Source: Eledone cirrhosa (lineage: Eukaryota). From it: a DNA stretch of 64,000 nucleotides. Under the pieces are notes generated by a model. It had not been told where the DNA came from, did not search any database, and saw only the letters and a list, made by a program, of their open reading frames with translations. Below, piece by piece: positions 26,464 through 39,269 of this stretch; within the stretch, counting starts at the first letter, position 1; each line of letters begins with the position of its first letter. The position numbers and the translations under genes were made by a program. Location: positions 147,560,001-147,624,000 of the forward strand of contig OZ024742.1 of the NCBI GenBank assembly GCA_964016885.1. Reading direction: 5' to 3'.

Positions 26464-27629
26464 AGAAACGATCACTTCACACAGGCAATACTAAATTGCG
26501 TGCGAGAGGTGTAAGGGAAATAACTGTTGTAATTCAATCTGGAGCTTTGTAGTTATGTAAGAGTTGTTTCCAGACGTGTGGACAACGTGTGAAGAATTCA
26601 TTCCTTAAGTTTAGGCAATCACTATTGCGTAATCTCTTTCCACGCGAAACTACAAAGAGAGATTCCTGTAGCCTGCTGTGTCCAATACAACCGCCAGTGT
26701 TCAAATGGAATGCACTCCATACCCATCCCCCATAAAGACGAAGACAATATACAGTAGAGAGGAATCTCTGAACCTGTCAAGTATTTCCCAGCTTCTCTAA
26801 TATTGGTGACATGATAAAATGCACCTAGAACACTCTGTAAAGTGATTGGCATTAGGAAGGATATCCAGTCAGAGAAACAATACCAAAAATGGAATGTAAG
26901 AACATGATGAGGTCTAACTCACCCAGTCTTGAACAATGACAACCCATCCAAACCATGGTAGAATGGAAAGTGGACATGAAGTGGTGTTGATTATATATAT
27001 GTGTCTATACAACACTGTATGTAAAGAATTGAATTTTTGAAGTGAAGCTCTGAAGAATTATGAAGCTCCTAGAAAATCTAAGAAATTCAGACGTAGAAAT
27101 AACTGCAAATACAGTCAATTTCTATAAATAATAACTTAGAAAATCTGTTAAAATACCCCTATCGATGAAAAAAAGTGGCTAGCAGCCGCTACGGATAACT
27201 AAGCTCTATATCTGTCAGATATCAGCTCACTGTTCTAGCCATTGAGCTAAACAACCTCTCACAACAATCCTGTCCTAATTAGAAAGCTAATTCTTACAGC
27301 TTTTAAATGTAAACAACATTGTATGTAAATTATCAAACTTTTGAAGCAGACCATTTTAATTTGGCCATTATTGTTGTTATGAGCACTTTAAAACAATCAT
27401 TTTATTTTTATTCATTCAAACAGGGGCAGTTTCAGTTAGGTTAGTATCAAGAGATAACAAAGGAAATAGATATAATTGTTTCTACTTTTGGCACAAGGCC
27501 AGCAATTATCCCAGTGTATTATTGGTACTTTATTTTATCGACCCCCGTAAAGATGAAAGGCAAAGTTGACCTCGGCGGGATTTCAATTTTGCCTTTCATC
27601 CTTACGGGAGCAGCATGTGTATATGATTC

Positions 27630-28050
27630 ATCATCACCACTACTACTACAACCACCACAATCACCACAACCACCACCATCACCACAACCACCACCATCAC
27701 CACAACCACCACCATCACCACAATCACCACAACCACCACCATCACCACAACCACCATCATCATCACAACCACCACCATCACCACCATCACCACAACCACC
27801 ACCATCACCACAACCACCACCATCACCACAACCACCACCATCACCACAATCACCACAACCACCACCATCACCACAACCACCACCATCACCACAATCACCA
27901 CAACCACCACCATCACCACAACCACCACCATCATCACAACCACCACAACCACCACAACCACCACCATCATCACAACCACCACCATCACCACAATCACCAC
28001 AACCACCACCATCATCACAACCACTGCCATCACCATAACCACCACTATCA
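27630..28050. repeat. CAC/CAA/CAT compound repeat (~18-bp unit); expanded duplicate of 28545-28690
   Basis: Both share flanks ending CCACTATCAGGACTAGA..ATTTCATTCAAAAGAAAT. Confidence 0.85.
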
Positions 28051-28658
28051 GGACTAGACCTATTTCATTCAAAAGAAATAGATATAATTGTTTCTACGTT
28101 AGGCACAAGGCCAGCAATTACCCAGTGCATTACTGGTACTATTTCAAAAGAAATAGATAAAATGATAGATGTATAGATGGAGATATAGACACACAGACAG
28201 CTAGGTGGGTGTGTGGATATATGTATGGTGATGTAGATAGGGTGACAGACATATAGACATATGCAGACAGGTGGTTGGTTGTATAGATATATGTATAGTG
28301 GATGTGTGGACAGAAAGAATGACAGACAGACAAATAAATGTATGTATGGATATTTGTGTGGTCATGCAGATGTGTGAATAGATAGAAGGACTAATATTTA
28401 GAGTGGCAGAGTGGCAGACAAGTTGATAGGGAGAACTAACAGCTGCTGCATGGCTTGTTATAAATAGAGAGATGGTTAGATGGTTGAATAGATATGTATT
28501 TGTTTTTGTAGATGTGTGTGTGTGTGTGTATGTGTGCATGTGTATATGATCATCATCACCACTACTACTACAACCACCACCACCATCACCACGACCACCA
28601 CCATCACCACAACCACCACCATCATCACAACCACTGCCATCACCATAACCACCACTAT

Positions 28659-28739
28659 CAGGACTAGAATTATTTCATTCAAAAGAAATCATCAGGAAAG
28701 CCTGGATGATTTCTTTTGAATGAAACAGTTCTAGTCCTG
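28659..28739. repeat. Imperfect palindrome (~35-bp arms)
   Basis: CAGGACTAGAATTATTTCATTCAAAAGAAATCATC..GATGATTTCTTTTGAATGAAACAGTTCTAGTCCTG. Confidence 0.9.
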
Positions 28740-29500
28740 TAGAAGCCATTTCTGTTTTAAACTTGATGTTTGCACACCTTACTAATTGTGGTTACTCCCG
28801 ATTGAACCCGGGACTCGCACACACATATTATATATAATGTCTCATTTTCCATGCTTGTATGGGTTGGATGGGTCTTTTCCAGCACTGCATCGCAACACTC
28901 GTTGCAATCCTTCGTAACTTTCAGTTGGATGAATTCTCTCTTACTGTCTAATGTTATTATTTCTCCTAATACCAACTACAGCTAAGATATCAACTGGATT
29001 TATTTGTTTCCAAATTATTTACTCAACTCTAGCTATCTAGTATCCACAAAATTACAAAATTTTAGTTCAAGGCCTATTTCCTCAGAAAATTTCAGCATCT
29101 CAACAACTATCTCTGACAGACTGGTAGCTTTACCATTTTTCATCATCTTGTTTGCTTCTATAACTGTCAATTTCGATAGCTGATCATTTTGTTGAGTCAG
29201 CTGCAGGTAGTCTCTCATCCTTCCACTCATTTTTCACCTCTCGTAATAACATTTCTAGGCCTCTTTCTTTCAGTGTCGGCAACCACGTTTACAGTGTGGA
29301 CTGGGAGGTTTTTATCGTGTTACCTACACGGCCACATTACAGCATGGACTGTGTGTTTTATTGTCGTGACACCTACACGTCTGGCGGGTTTTCTACGGCT
29401 GGGTGCCCTTCCCAACACCAACCACGTTTACAATGTGTACTGGGAGGTTTTTACCGTGTTACCTACACGGCCACATTACAGCGTGTACAAATATATAAAT

Positions 29501-29833
29501 GGAGGCACATGGCTTAGTGGTTAGAGCATTGGCCTTGCAATCGAAAGGTTGTGAGTTCAATTCTCAGACCGGGTGATGTGTTGTTTCCTTGAGCAAGACA
29601 CTTTATTTCACATTGCTCCAGTTTACTCAGCTGTAGAAATGAGATGATAGGGACTGGGGTCCCTATCATTCCACTGCAAAGTGGTCGTGGAGGTGCCACG
29701 GCAAAAAGCACCCAACACTCACTGTTAATGAGGTTGGTGTTAGGAAGGGCATCCAGCTGTAGAAATCAAGCCAGAATCAGTTCCCGTCCCACCCTTGCAA
29801 GCAGGGAAAAGTGGACGTAAAATGATGATGATG
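29501..29833 (+). mobile_element. tRNA-derived SINE with RTE-type tail
   Basis: A box TGGCTTAGTGG, B box GAGTTCAATTC, body TTGAGCAAGACACTTTATTTCAC, and a tail shared with RTE 3' UTRs plus (GAT)n. Truncated copy at about 54625-54990. Confidence 0.85.
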
Positions 29834-29850
29834 ATATATATATATATATG

Positions 29851-29907
<57 letters not shown>

Positions 29908-30028
29908 CGCCTCTGTAGCCGTGATGCTGACTTCGAGTCCCAGGCCCTTTCCCTAGTCAGCCATTTCATCCGCAGAGGTTACCCCCCCCCCCCCCCCCCC
30001 CTCGTCTACACCGCTCTCACCCGCGCCC

Positions 30029-30688
30029 GTGCTGTCCCCCGCTCCACCACCCTCACCCCACCGCACACCCACCCACCGTCTCCCCTTCCCCATCACCTAC
30101 CACCCCTCCACCTTACCCCTCCACCGCCTCTTCCGACGCCTCCAGTCCGATCCCTCCACCTCCCACATCTTCCCAACCCCACCACTCCCCTCCTTCAAAC
30201 GCGCACGCAATCTCCGCACCCTCCTCGTCCACAGCTCCCTACCCCCCAACCCACGCTCTGTTTACCCCCCTGGTTCCTTTCCCTGTTCTAGGCCCCGCTG
30301 CAACACCTGTCCCCACATCACCAACACCACCACCTTCCAGGGTCCCAATGGCCACTCTCTTTCGGTCCGGCATGCCTTCCGCTGCACCTCCTCCAACCTA
30401 GTCTACGGACTTCGCTGCACGGAGTGCAGCGCGACTTATGTCGGACAGACGGGACGTCGCCTGGCGGACCGAGTCACGGAGCACCTCCGGGATATTCGTC
30501 TCGGGGGCAGTTCCCCCATCGCCCGCCACTTTGGTGGCCCTGGACATTCCGCACGCCATCTCACAGTCTGTGGCCTACTCCAGTGCCACGGAACACTCGC
30601 CCATCGCCTTACGGTCGAACAACGAACTATCTTCATCTTACAGACCCACACTCCCCCCGGCCTGAACTCCCCACCCTTATTCCTTTAG
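30029..30688 (+). pseudogene. Penelope-like GIY-YIG endonuclease domain (C-terminal fragment)
   Basis: PITYHP, RARNLRTLLV, CSRPRCNTC, NLVYGLRCTECSATYVGQTGRRLADRVTEH, ARHF and PPGLN motifs. Confidence 0.9.
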
Positions 30689-32146
30689 CGTTCGACCTCC
30701 CCCCCTCCCCCCACTAACACACCCCTCCTTTTCACCGCCCACCCCACACTAACTATACTAACACCTCCACTCCACCCCTCATCTGACCACCCTTCCCCAA
30801 CTAACATACTAACATCCCTTCCCTCCCCTCTTCTCCTCCTCCCCCCTCCTTATCACACGCACACACCCACCGGCACATATATACACGCGCTCACACTAAA
30901 CACACACCCTACTACCACCACTAACCGTCACCCCCACACCTCTCACCCCCACACCTCCATCCCACCACCCCGCAACTAACCTCACTAACACCCCCTAACC
31001 CCAAGCACACGAACACACGCACCCACTTACACCACCCACCCCACACGCAACTAACATCACTAACACCCCCCAACCCCACGCACACGTACCCACACACCCT
31101 CGTACACCACCAACTCTACACACCCTACCACCAATAACCCCCACTCACACCTGCATTCAACCCCTCCCCGCCTCCCGTATACTAACACCCACTAACACCT
31201 CTTCATCAAACTACACACACACCAGTACACCACACTCCCTCCATAGAACCACACACACTCTTCTCTCCCCACTCCACCCACACCCTCGCTCCACACTCAC
31301 TCATCCCACTAACACCCCTACTAATACACACACACACACCCTCCTCACTCCAACTTTCACACCTACCCATCCTCGCCCCCTACCATTCCACTGACTGCTG
31401 CTGTGCCCTCTGGCCACCTCCCAGCACCAACAGACCACAGCACTCCCACTGCTGACCACTTCCTGTTGCGCGCGCACCCCACATCTCTCCTCTTCCGACC
31501 ACCACTTCATGGATTACCCACACACAGAATTTGACTTACAACCAATCTACTAAACATCCTTGGAACTTACCAACTTTTCAACCATCCTCTTGCGTAATCA
31601 CCTATATAACTCACCCGCACACACACCCCCAAAAAATTTTTTTTCTCCACACGCCACCCACACCCACAACACGCTTAAACCCCACACACACGTGCTTCCC
31701 ACCACATATTTACACCCTCAGCCTCCTGATTCCTCTCCCCCCACCCCCCTATCCACACACGCACAGACACTCCGACCCACAAACACACACCCCACACACA
31801 CCTCTTCCTGAACATGCAACCCCGTTTTTCCCCCAACCCTCACTTTCACATACACACACACCACCTTCAGCCCTCCCCGCTAGGACACCCCGTCTCCCTC
31901 TCCCCACTCCACCCGCCACCACCCCTACTCACCCCACACCCTTCCACCACCTGTTTACCCCCCTTTTAATTTCAGTTTATTTTGATCATGCCTTTATTTT
32001 TAAATTTTCCCATTCCTTGTATTTTGATCATGCTTTATTTTTATTTTTTTATCTTTATTTGTTTTTTTTCATTCGCACCGTTTCCTTTCGCTATATGTCT
32101 CTCCACTTCTCCCCTACACACCTTTCGAACTCTGTTCCCACACACT

Positions 32147-32182
32147 TCTCACCTGAGGAAGGGCTTATGCCCGAAACGTCGT
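32147..32182 (+). ncRNA. Minimal type I hammerhead in Penelope pLTR
   Basis: CTGAGGA-A-GGGC TTAT GCCC-GAAACGTC, with palindromic ACGT stem III. Stem I is short. Confidence 0.75.
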
Positions 32183-32270
32183 CCCCCACCTACCCCCCAC
32201 CCTCCTGAGCGTGAAATTAATAAACATTTATTGTACTGCCTCTCTGTTTTGTCCCTGTTCAAATTTTTCC

Positions 32271-32310
<40 letters not shown>

Positions 32311-33739
32311 CATATTAGTCTACGACTTCTTTTATACCATAAACGTGGTTTTGTCTTTGCGTGTAATTGTTTTTCACCGCTCCAAATAATGACGTATTAT
32401 ATTCGTTTTTTCCCGTTCTTTGCCAGGGAACGTTTCCATGAACCAAAGTATTGTCTTCCTGTCTTCCTCCGGTTGCAACGTTTTTTGAAATATTCACTTC
32501 TGCGTTCACAGATTGACTTTGTTAGTTTCAGGAGATCCCGTTAAGTGTGAAAGCAGCGATTCTTTGCAAAAAACTTTAATCTGTTATTTTAATAAATATA
32601 TATATATATATATGTATATATAAACATATATATATATATGTATATATATAAACATATAAACATATATATATGTTTTTTATACACACACACACACATATAT
32701 ATACATATACAAACATATCTATATGTGTGTATGTGTGTGTGTGTAAATGAATAAAAATAACTAATAAATTATTTAATTGATTTATGAATGTTTCGATCAA
32801 TAAAATTAAAAATACACTTGGGAAAACATATTAAAACTTTATGGAAGACTAAACATGCGATTAAAAATTTATTAGTAATAAAGGTATAATGCAGTGACTA
32901 AAGATATTTTGCTAGATCAATACACACTGATACATATATACTACACACTAAAATAATTGTTTCTACTTTAGGCACAAGGCCAGCAATTACCCAGTGCATT
33001 ACTGGTACTTTATTTTATCGACCCCGTAAGGATGAAAGGCAAAGTCAACCTCGGCGGGATTTGAACTCAGATCGTAAAGGGACGTAACTATGCTGGAAAG
33101 CATGGCGTCCGACCCTCTACCGATACTGCCAATCTACCGCCCTACACACTAAAATAATGTTATAGGAATACAACTAGAGCTTATAAGTTTAATAATACTT
33201 ATTAATTGAAATAACAACAATTATAATATTTAGTATTTTATGTGAATATATCTTTATTGGCCGAAAGTTTAGAAATTCTACCTGATATATTATTAATTTT
33301 GGGGGGATTTGAATGTTTCTGCATGTAATATAAAAATTCACCAGGTTTATGATAGGATCTAAAAAGTTCATTTTTTTTTTACTCCAGTGTAACATCCAAG
33401 AAATTAACTACCTTTGTATTGTTTTTCATCTTTATAGCTAGGTTATAGTTTTTAAAGAATGTATACATGTGTTTTCTAACCCTAAAGGCAGAATTACTAA
33501 AAAAATGTTAAAGTAAATAGGGCATCATCTCTATATATGCATATATATCATCATGTCAGAGTCGTGATAAAATGCTCCCAGTACGCTTTGTTGCTTTGTG
33601 TTAGGAAGGGCATCAAACCATAGATACCAAAAGAAAGTGTCTGAGCTGGTCACTTGACCAGTCAGACCACAGGAGACAATAACCATCTAACCCATGCAAG
33701 CATAGAAAATAGGTGATGATGATATATATATGTGTGCAC

Positions 33740-34200
33740 ATTAACATTCCACATCCATTGAAGCATTCTTGCTTCATTTCTCTCCAGTCTTGGCATATGG
33801 TCTGCATTCACTGCCCATGTCTCACTACCATGCAATAGTGCACTTCACACATAGACATCATCAGATGGCCTTTCATTCGTAGAGAGAAACCTCTTATTGT
33901 CAGCAGGGGAAATAGCTATTATGCCAATTATATCACCCAGGTAGCAGAAGCTATCAACCATTTCTATGGATCCTTCCTGGGATAGGAACATTTTTATATC
34001 ATTGATGCTCTTCTTATCAATTATTCCTGAGCATCTATAAGATACAAAGTCTTCTTTTCCTGTTAGACTGCCTTCTATCTCACTACACCTCTTGTGTACA
34101 TTATATAGAGTTTCTGACATATCGAACAAGGGCACTTTCTTGATGGGATCAGGGCTTTATCTTCTTTCCTACTTACTAATTCTTTGGTTTTTGCTAAATA
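33740..34200 (-). mobile_element. Decayed RTE fragment
   Basis: VHKRCS..RCSG and VDSFCYLGD motifs, HGSETWAV remnant. Confidence 0.65.
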
Positions 34201-34820
34201 TACACACACATATACATGTGTGTGTGTGTATGTATGTGTGCATTATAAGACATATAGAAATTAGAGTTGATGATTTACACTATAAACACACCAAGTACAC
34301 TCTGTAAAGTGGTTGGTGATAGAAAAGGCATCCAGCCAAACAAAGAGTTGGGAGAACTCTTCAGATCTGTGAAAGACATAAGAACCTCCCTAGTGCTGGT
34401 ATCATAATAAAATGAACTCAGTAGTATGCAGAGTTGTATACTGCAAGATGCAGGTCCCCCTACCCATCTGAGAGGTCACTAACCCCATTTAAGTACTGAC
34501 TCCATCTGTGAGGACTCAGCCAACTCTTGCAAGAAGGGAAAATAGATGTTAAACGATAATGATGATGATGATGATGCGGATGACATATATATATATATAT
34601 AGTGCAGTTTTAACATATATATATATATATATATATACGATATTAACAAATGGGAACTATATTCATAAAACCATATTTATTTCATTATACATATTCCAAG
34701 GACGCCAAATTAAATTATGGTGTGCTTTCATCAGATAAAATATAATATAGAGCAGTTTTATAAATAAATACTGACATACCCTTAAAGAATGCAGCCATTA
34801 CTGTTGGAAGTCCCGGATAT

Positions 34821-34855
<35 letters not shown>

Positions 34856-34860
<5 letters not shown>

Positions 34861-35333
34861 AGCGAAGCAAGCGGTTATTAAACAATTCTCTAAATAAATT
34901 AAAAAACGATTTAAATAATCACCTGTTCCATTGCTGTTACCGACGGTTTCATCATTCCAAAAGATTGGAAATCCAGAGAATTTCCAATGTAGAGAACAAA
35001 ACGTTGAATATTGCTGCTAATTTTAGTGGCAATATCAACATGTTTATAATATACACCTATTATCAGCGACCTGATCTTGCGTGTGTGTCATTTTAACGGC
35101 TTGACCGCTTGCGTTGGGCAGGAAGCAAAATATTTACTTACTATGGGGCTTGCAACCTTATGGTGTGGAAATAGGCTGTCTGAAGATTCATTTCTTTCCA
35201 TTGGAAATTCTCTGGATTTCCAATCTTTTGGAATGATGAAACCGTCGGTAACAGCAATGGAACAGGTGATTATTTAAATCGTTTTTTTAATTTATTTAGA
35301 GAATTGTTTAATAACCGCTTGCTTCGCTACTTT
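34856..35333. repeat. ~134-bp inverted repeat (34856-34989 / 35199-35333)
   Basis: Arms are near-perfect reverse complements. The left arm abuts (TA)n. Confidence 0.95.
35175..35255 (+). ncRNA. Type I hammerhead with extended stem II
   Basis: GCTGT-CTGAAGA-T-TCATTTC..ATTGGAAATTC TCT GGATTTCCAAT..GGAATGA-T-GAA-ACCGTCGGT-A-ACAGC. Confidence 0.8.
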
Positions 35334-35738
35334 TTATATTGTTCTGGCATCTCGAATTAGTACCATTGAACCACAAGTATTATAAACAACTTGAATATTT
35401 CTACAAGTACATTGTACCTGTTGAGGTATTCATCCACTTTTATATATATACATATACATATAAGTATTGAAGTTTCCGTTGAAAATTGAAAAAGTCATAG
35501 GAGTGAATGCATATTAACGGCTGAGCAGCCTAATTTGCATGTACGCATACATACTTATATTTAGGTATCAGCCGTACTAAGAGTGAGAAATGAAATTTCG
35601 TTTCATTCTTTTCCATTTATCGTTTTCGCTACGCCAGGCCGACTAACTCACTCAATATGCAAATTAGGCTGCTCAGCCGTTAATATGCATAAGGAAAGTA
35701 TACACTTTCAAACGTTCAATCATCTGACAGAAAGGTAT

Positions 35739-35781
35739 ACGATGCTGACGATAGCTAATAAGCTTGAAACTAGTACATCGT
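35739..35781 (+). ncRNA. Minimal type I hammerhead ribozyme
   Basis: ACGATG-CTGACGA-T-AGCT AATA AGCT-T-GAA-ACTAGT-A-CATCGT: 6-bp stem I, palindromic stem III. Confidence 0.85.
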
Positions 35782-36043
35782 TCCTGTGTCTGTGTTGAAC
35801 AAAAGGGTGACGATGGTTGCCGAGCACTGTACGGCGTAATTCGGGCTGTTTGTTTACAAACAAACCGAACATTATAATAAATGTTCGGTAAACCCATACG
35901 TACATATATATATATGTGTCATGTATGTGTATATACACATACTACTGTTCGTCTGTATACATATATGTATGTACGTATACATACTTATATTTAGGTATCA
36001 GCCGTACTAAGAGTGAGAAATGAAATTTCGTTTCATTCTTTTC

Positions 36044-36090
<47 letters not shown>

Positions 36091-36781
36091 CAAATATATA
36101 GCTGGAAAAATTAGCATTTAAATCATTTTTAATTCCTTATACATTGAATTATTGGAAGAATGTTACGTGAAATTCATATAATCTATACATACAAAATGAT
36201 ATAGATATTATTTGTACTTCTCCATCTTCAGAGGATTAAAAAAAAACGCTCTGCCGATGGGTAGAGTTGTGATGTCTCCTATCCTGTGTAAGGTGAGAAT
36301 TTCAGATATATTCTGCTTCAATTTAATAGGGTTTTTTTATTGATATATATTAGCATTTTTCTACTCCTAATTTGTCTAAATTAGTTTGAATTATCTAAAT
36401 GGGACTTGCTTGGAGCTCTTTCTAGCTGCCCTTCTGTTGAATATTATTTTAACATCGGGTAGAGAACCTTTTCAAAAATTCTTCCCTGGGCAGTTGACTA
36501 GTATTTTTATGCAGTGTGAGATATATATAGCTAAGACCGAGCCATACCAATAAAGGAAATCAAGGTCTTAGGATATTTATTACCAAAATCAATTATTGGT
36601 TTTTGATATTAATTATTGAGACCAATAGTTTGCATTCTTTTTTTTTTATTTCTAGAAACAGATCTGTCCATAGAATTGTAGGCCAATATACTATCTTGAA
36701 GTATATATATTTATTTGCATTTTATTTGTTCTGCATATACGTACAAAATACTAGCAGTTTCTCAGTTGAAATATCCAGTTA

Positions 36782-37442
36782 CTAGCATTAAAGCCCGGCG
36801 TTGCTTGGGGTCAGTAAGTTACCAAAGTTAGGTTGCACCACCCATTTTATGGCAGCACTTTTTTGTCTGCCAGGCACTGGGTGAATGAATTGCAGACCTG
36901 GACTGCCGAAGCAGGAGCTGCGCCAGCAGTGACAATTGTAGTTTCACCTATGGATATTATCTCTGTGCAAAGAAGTGTTGAAATTTATTGTTTCACAGTA
37001 CTTGCGCAACACGCGCGTAGACGATGCCAGCCGAACAACAGAGCTGCGATGGAGTTGTTCGGCATGGTTGTCTAATGTGTGTTTTCTAAATTTAAGATAG
37101 TAGGGAGGGGTGTGATATGGGAGAGAGTTAGCCGCTGTTTCTAGCAGGTTTAGTGACCTCATGGAGGATATGTTTTCTAAATTTAAGACAGTAGGGAGTG
37201 GTGTGATATGGGGGAGAGTTAGCTGCTGTTTATAGCAGGTTTAGTGACCTCATAGAGGATATGTTTTCTAAATTTAAGACAGTAGGGAGGGGTGTGGTAT
37301 GGGGGAGAGTTAGCTGCTGTTTCTAGCAGGTTTAATGACCTCGTAGAGGATATTATTGTGGATAGTAATCGTATAAAATGTAATAAGTTCTCTTTGTCAT
37401 TGAAGTAAATAAATGTTTGACCGTTCCACACTCAAAAACAAA

Positions 37443-37497
<55 letters not shown>

Positions 37498-37770
37498 ACG
37501 GCGTTCCTAAAGGAAGTTTGTAAGCCTGTATGTAGTTTTATCGAATTTGAAGGAGAGTAGAGAGAGGGGTAAAGCGTCATGTATTTAGTTTTATCGATTA
37601 TTTCCATAATTGTGAGTGAGTTTGAATGAAATAAATAGTCGTTGACCTAAGTTAAACCCTTTACAACATTCTTACAGACTTTGACTCGAATCGGTTTGAA
37701 ATTGTGCAAATGTATAAACATGGAACATATGCACACACACACACAACAACAACAATCTGCCTTTTATAGA
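36782..37770 (-). mobile_element. Non-autonomous Helitron
   Basis: Minus strand starts TC and ends with hairpin CCCAAGCAACGCCGGG..CTAG, inserted between A and T. Contains an internal 3 x 91-bp tandem repeat (37080-37352) and (CT)n. Confidence 0.75.
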
Positions 37771-38683
37771 TAATTGTTTCTACTTTAGGCACAAGGCCAG
37801 CAATTATCCAGTGCATTACTGGTACTTTATTTTATCGACCCCGTAAGGATGAAAGGCAAAGTCAACCTCGGCGGGATTTGAACTCAGATCGTAAAGGGAC
37901 GTAACTATGCTGGAAAGCATGGCGTCCGACCCTCTACCGATACTGCCAGATAATGATTTATCATTTAAACTTGTATTATATACATATATATAACAAAGTG
38001 TTGTAGTTTGCTTGAAGCATTGTGGGATAAGTAATACAAATTTAAATAAGTTTAAATATTTGGAAGCCTGACAATGTGCGTGAGATTAAAAGTGCCAATG
38101 TAATAGGAGTTGTGGGGCTGCCGTGAGATAGAGGAGGTGTGTAGAACTGCCGTAGGAGGGGGATTGCTGGAAGTTGGGGGATGCCTGACTGGAAGCAGGA
38201 GGACGGGGGCGACATGAGAGACGAAGCAGTGGGCAGCGGTCACTTGGCTGTTGGCACCGTGAGGAGATGGGTCATGTGAAGATAGATGCTGTTTGGAAGT
38301 ACCCCACGTGGACAGTGGAACGAGTAATAGAAAGATGCAAGGTAAGTCTGAATGCTTCCGGCTACAGGAGTTACAGAAAATAAAAGGACTGAGAAAAGAC
38401 TGAGGACAGTACAATTTTACCTTAGCAATTTTATTGATCTCAAATATTTTTGGATTTACCATCCATTATCAAGAGAGAATCTGTGTGTATGTGTGCTTAG
38501 AGAGCAATCAGAGAAGAGTTGCTGTTTCCTGGCAGATTTACCTTGAATGGATGAAAAAGATGTTAAAATTTAAAGTTTTGTGTGTGTGTGCATAGGGAAA
38601 ATATGTGTGAATATGGTATGATATATGTATGTGTGTGCGCATGAGTGTAAGTGTGTGTAGGGGAAAACGTGTGTGAACATGTG

Positions 38684-38719
<36 letters not shown>

Positions 38720-38831
38720 GTTTATCCCGGGTTCAATCGAGGGTAACCATAGTAAGTAAGGTACTCAATACATAGCAGAGTATAAATATATATATATATA
38801 TAGTTATGTAATAAACAACATAAGATAATTA

Positions 38832-38894
38832 TTTCATTTACCAGTGGTTTCTTGAAGACAGATATTTATGGCTGTCTTCATTCATCAGAAGAAA
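38832..38894 (-). ncRNA. Type I hammerhead ribozyme
   Basis: TTTCTT-CTGATGA-A-TGAAGACAG(10 nt)CTGTCTTCA-A-GAA-ACC ACT GGT-A-AATGAAA, with a 9-bp stem II. Confidence 0.8.
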
Positions 38895-39269
38895 GTTTAT
38901 TTATGAAATAGTAATATGGATTTGAAAACAGAGTATAGGATAAATGAAAGTGAGGCTGAAATAAAATAACGGGCAAAAATTGAGGGGAAAAAAATTAATA
39001 AATAAATATCCAAATACATAAATATACACATACACAAACTCTCTCATACGCACATATACTTATGTATATGTTTACATAATATTTGTTTCTACTTTAGGCA
39101 CAAGGCCAGCAATTACCCAGTGCATTTCTGGTACTTTATTTTATCGACCCCGTAAGGATGAAAGGCAAAGTCAACCTCGGCGGGATTTACATAATATTAC
39201 GTATATGACATATATAGCATAGAGATAGAGTTTGGTTGATAAAATCCCAGAGATCATTTACTTACTGAG

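Larger units (their letters stand above)
29903..32272 (+). mobile_element. Neptune-type Penelope-like element, 5'-truncated, inserted in (TA)n
   Basis: GIY-YIG ORF, long C-rich 3' region, pLTR with hammerhead and AATAAA, and (TA)n on both sides. Confidence 0.9.

Noticed and set aside
27180-27255. tRNA-like 5' half on the minus strand
   Set aside because: Only an A-box/D-arm resemblance, with no T arm.
27514-28072. Pro/Gln-rich, His-rich and Val-rich ORFs
   Set aside because: They are different frames of one CAC/CAA/CAT repeat, with no splice or homology support.
29501-29575. tRNA gene
   Set aside because: SINE head with no closed acceptor stem; it continues into a repeated SINE body.
36130-36238. 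Hammerhead-like motif (also about 34700-34740)
   Set aside because: The GAAA core is mutated and stem I is offset; at best these are relics, so they are not counted as ribozymes.
38040-38560. Purine-rich segment resembling an LTR
   Set aside because: No second copy, TSD, PBS or internal genes visible.
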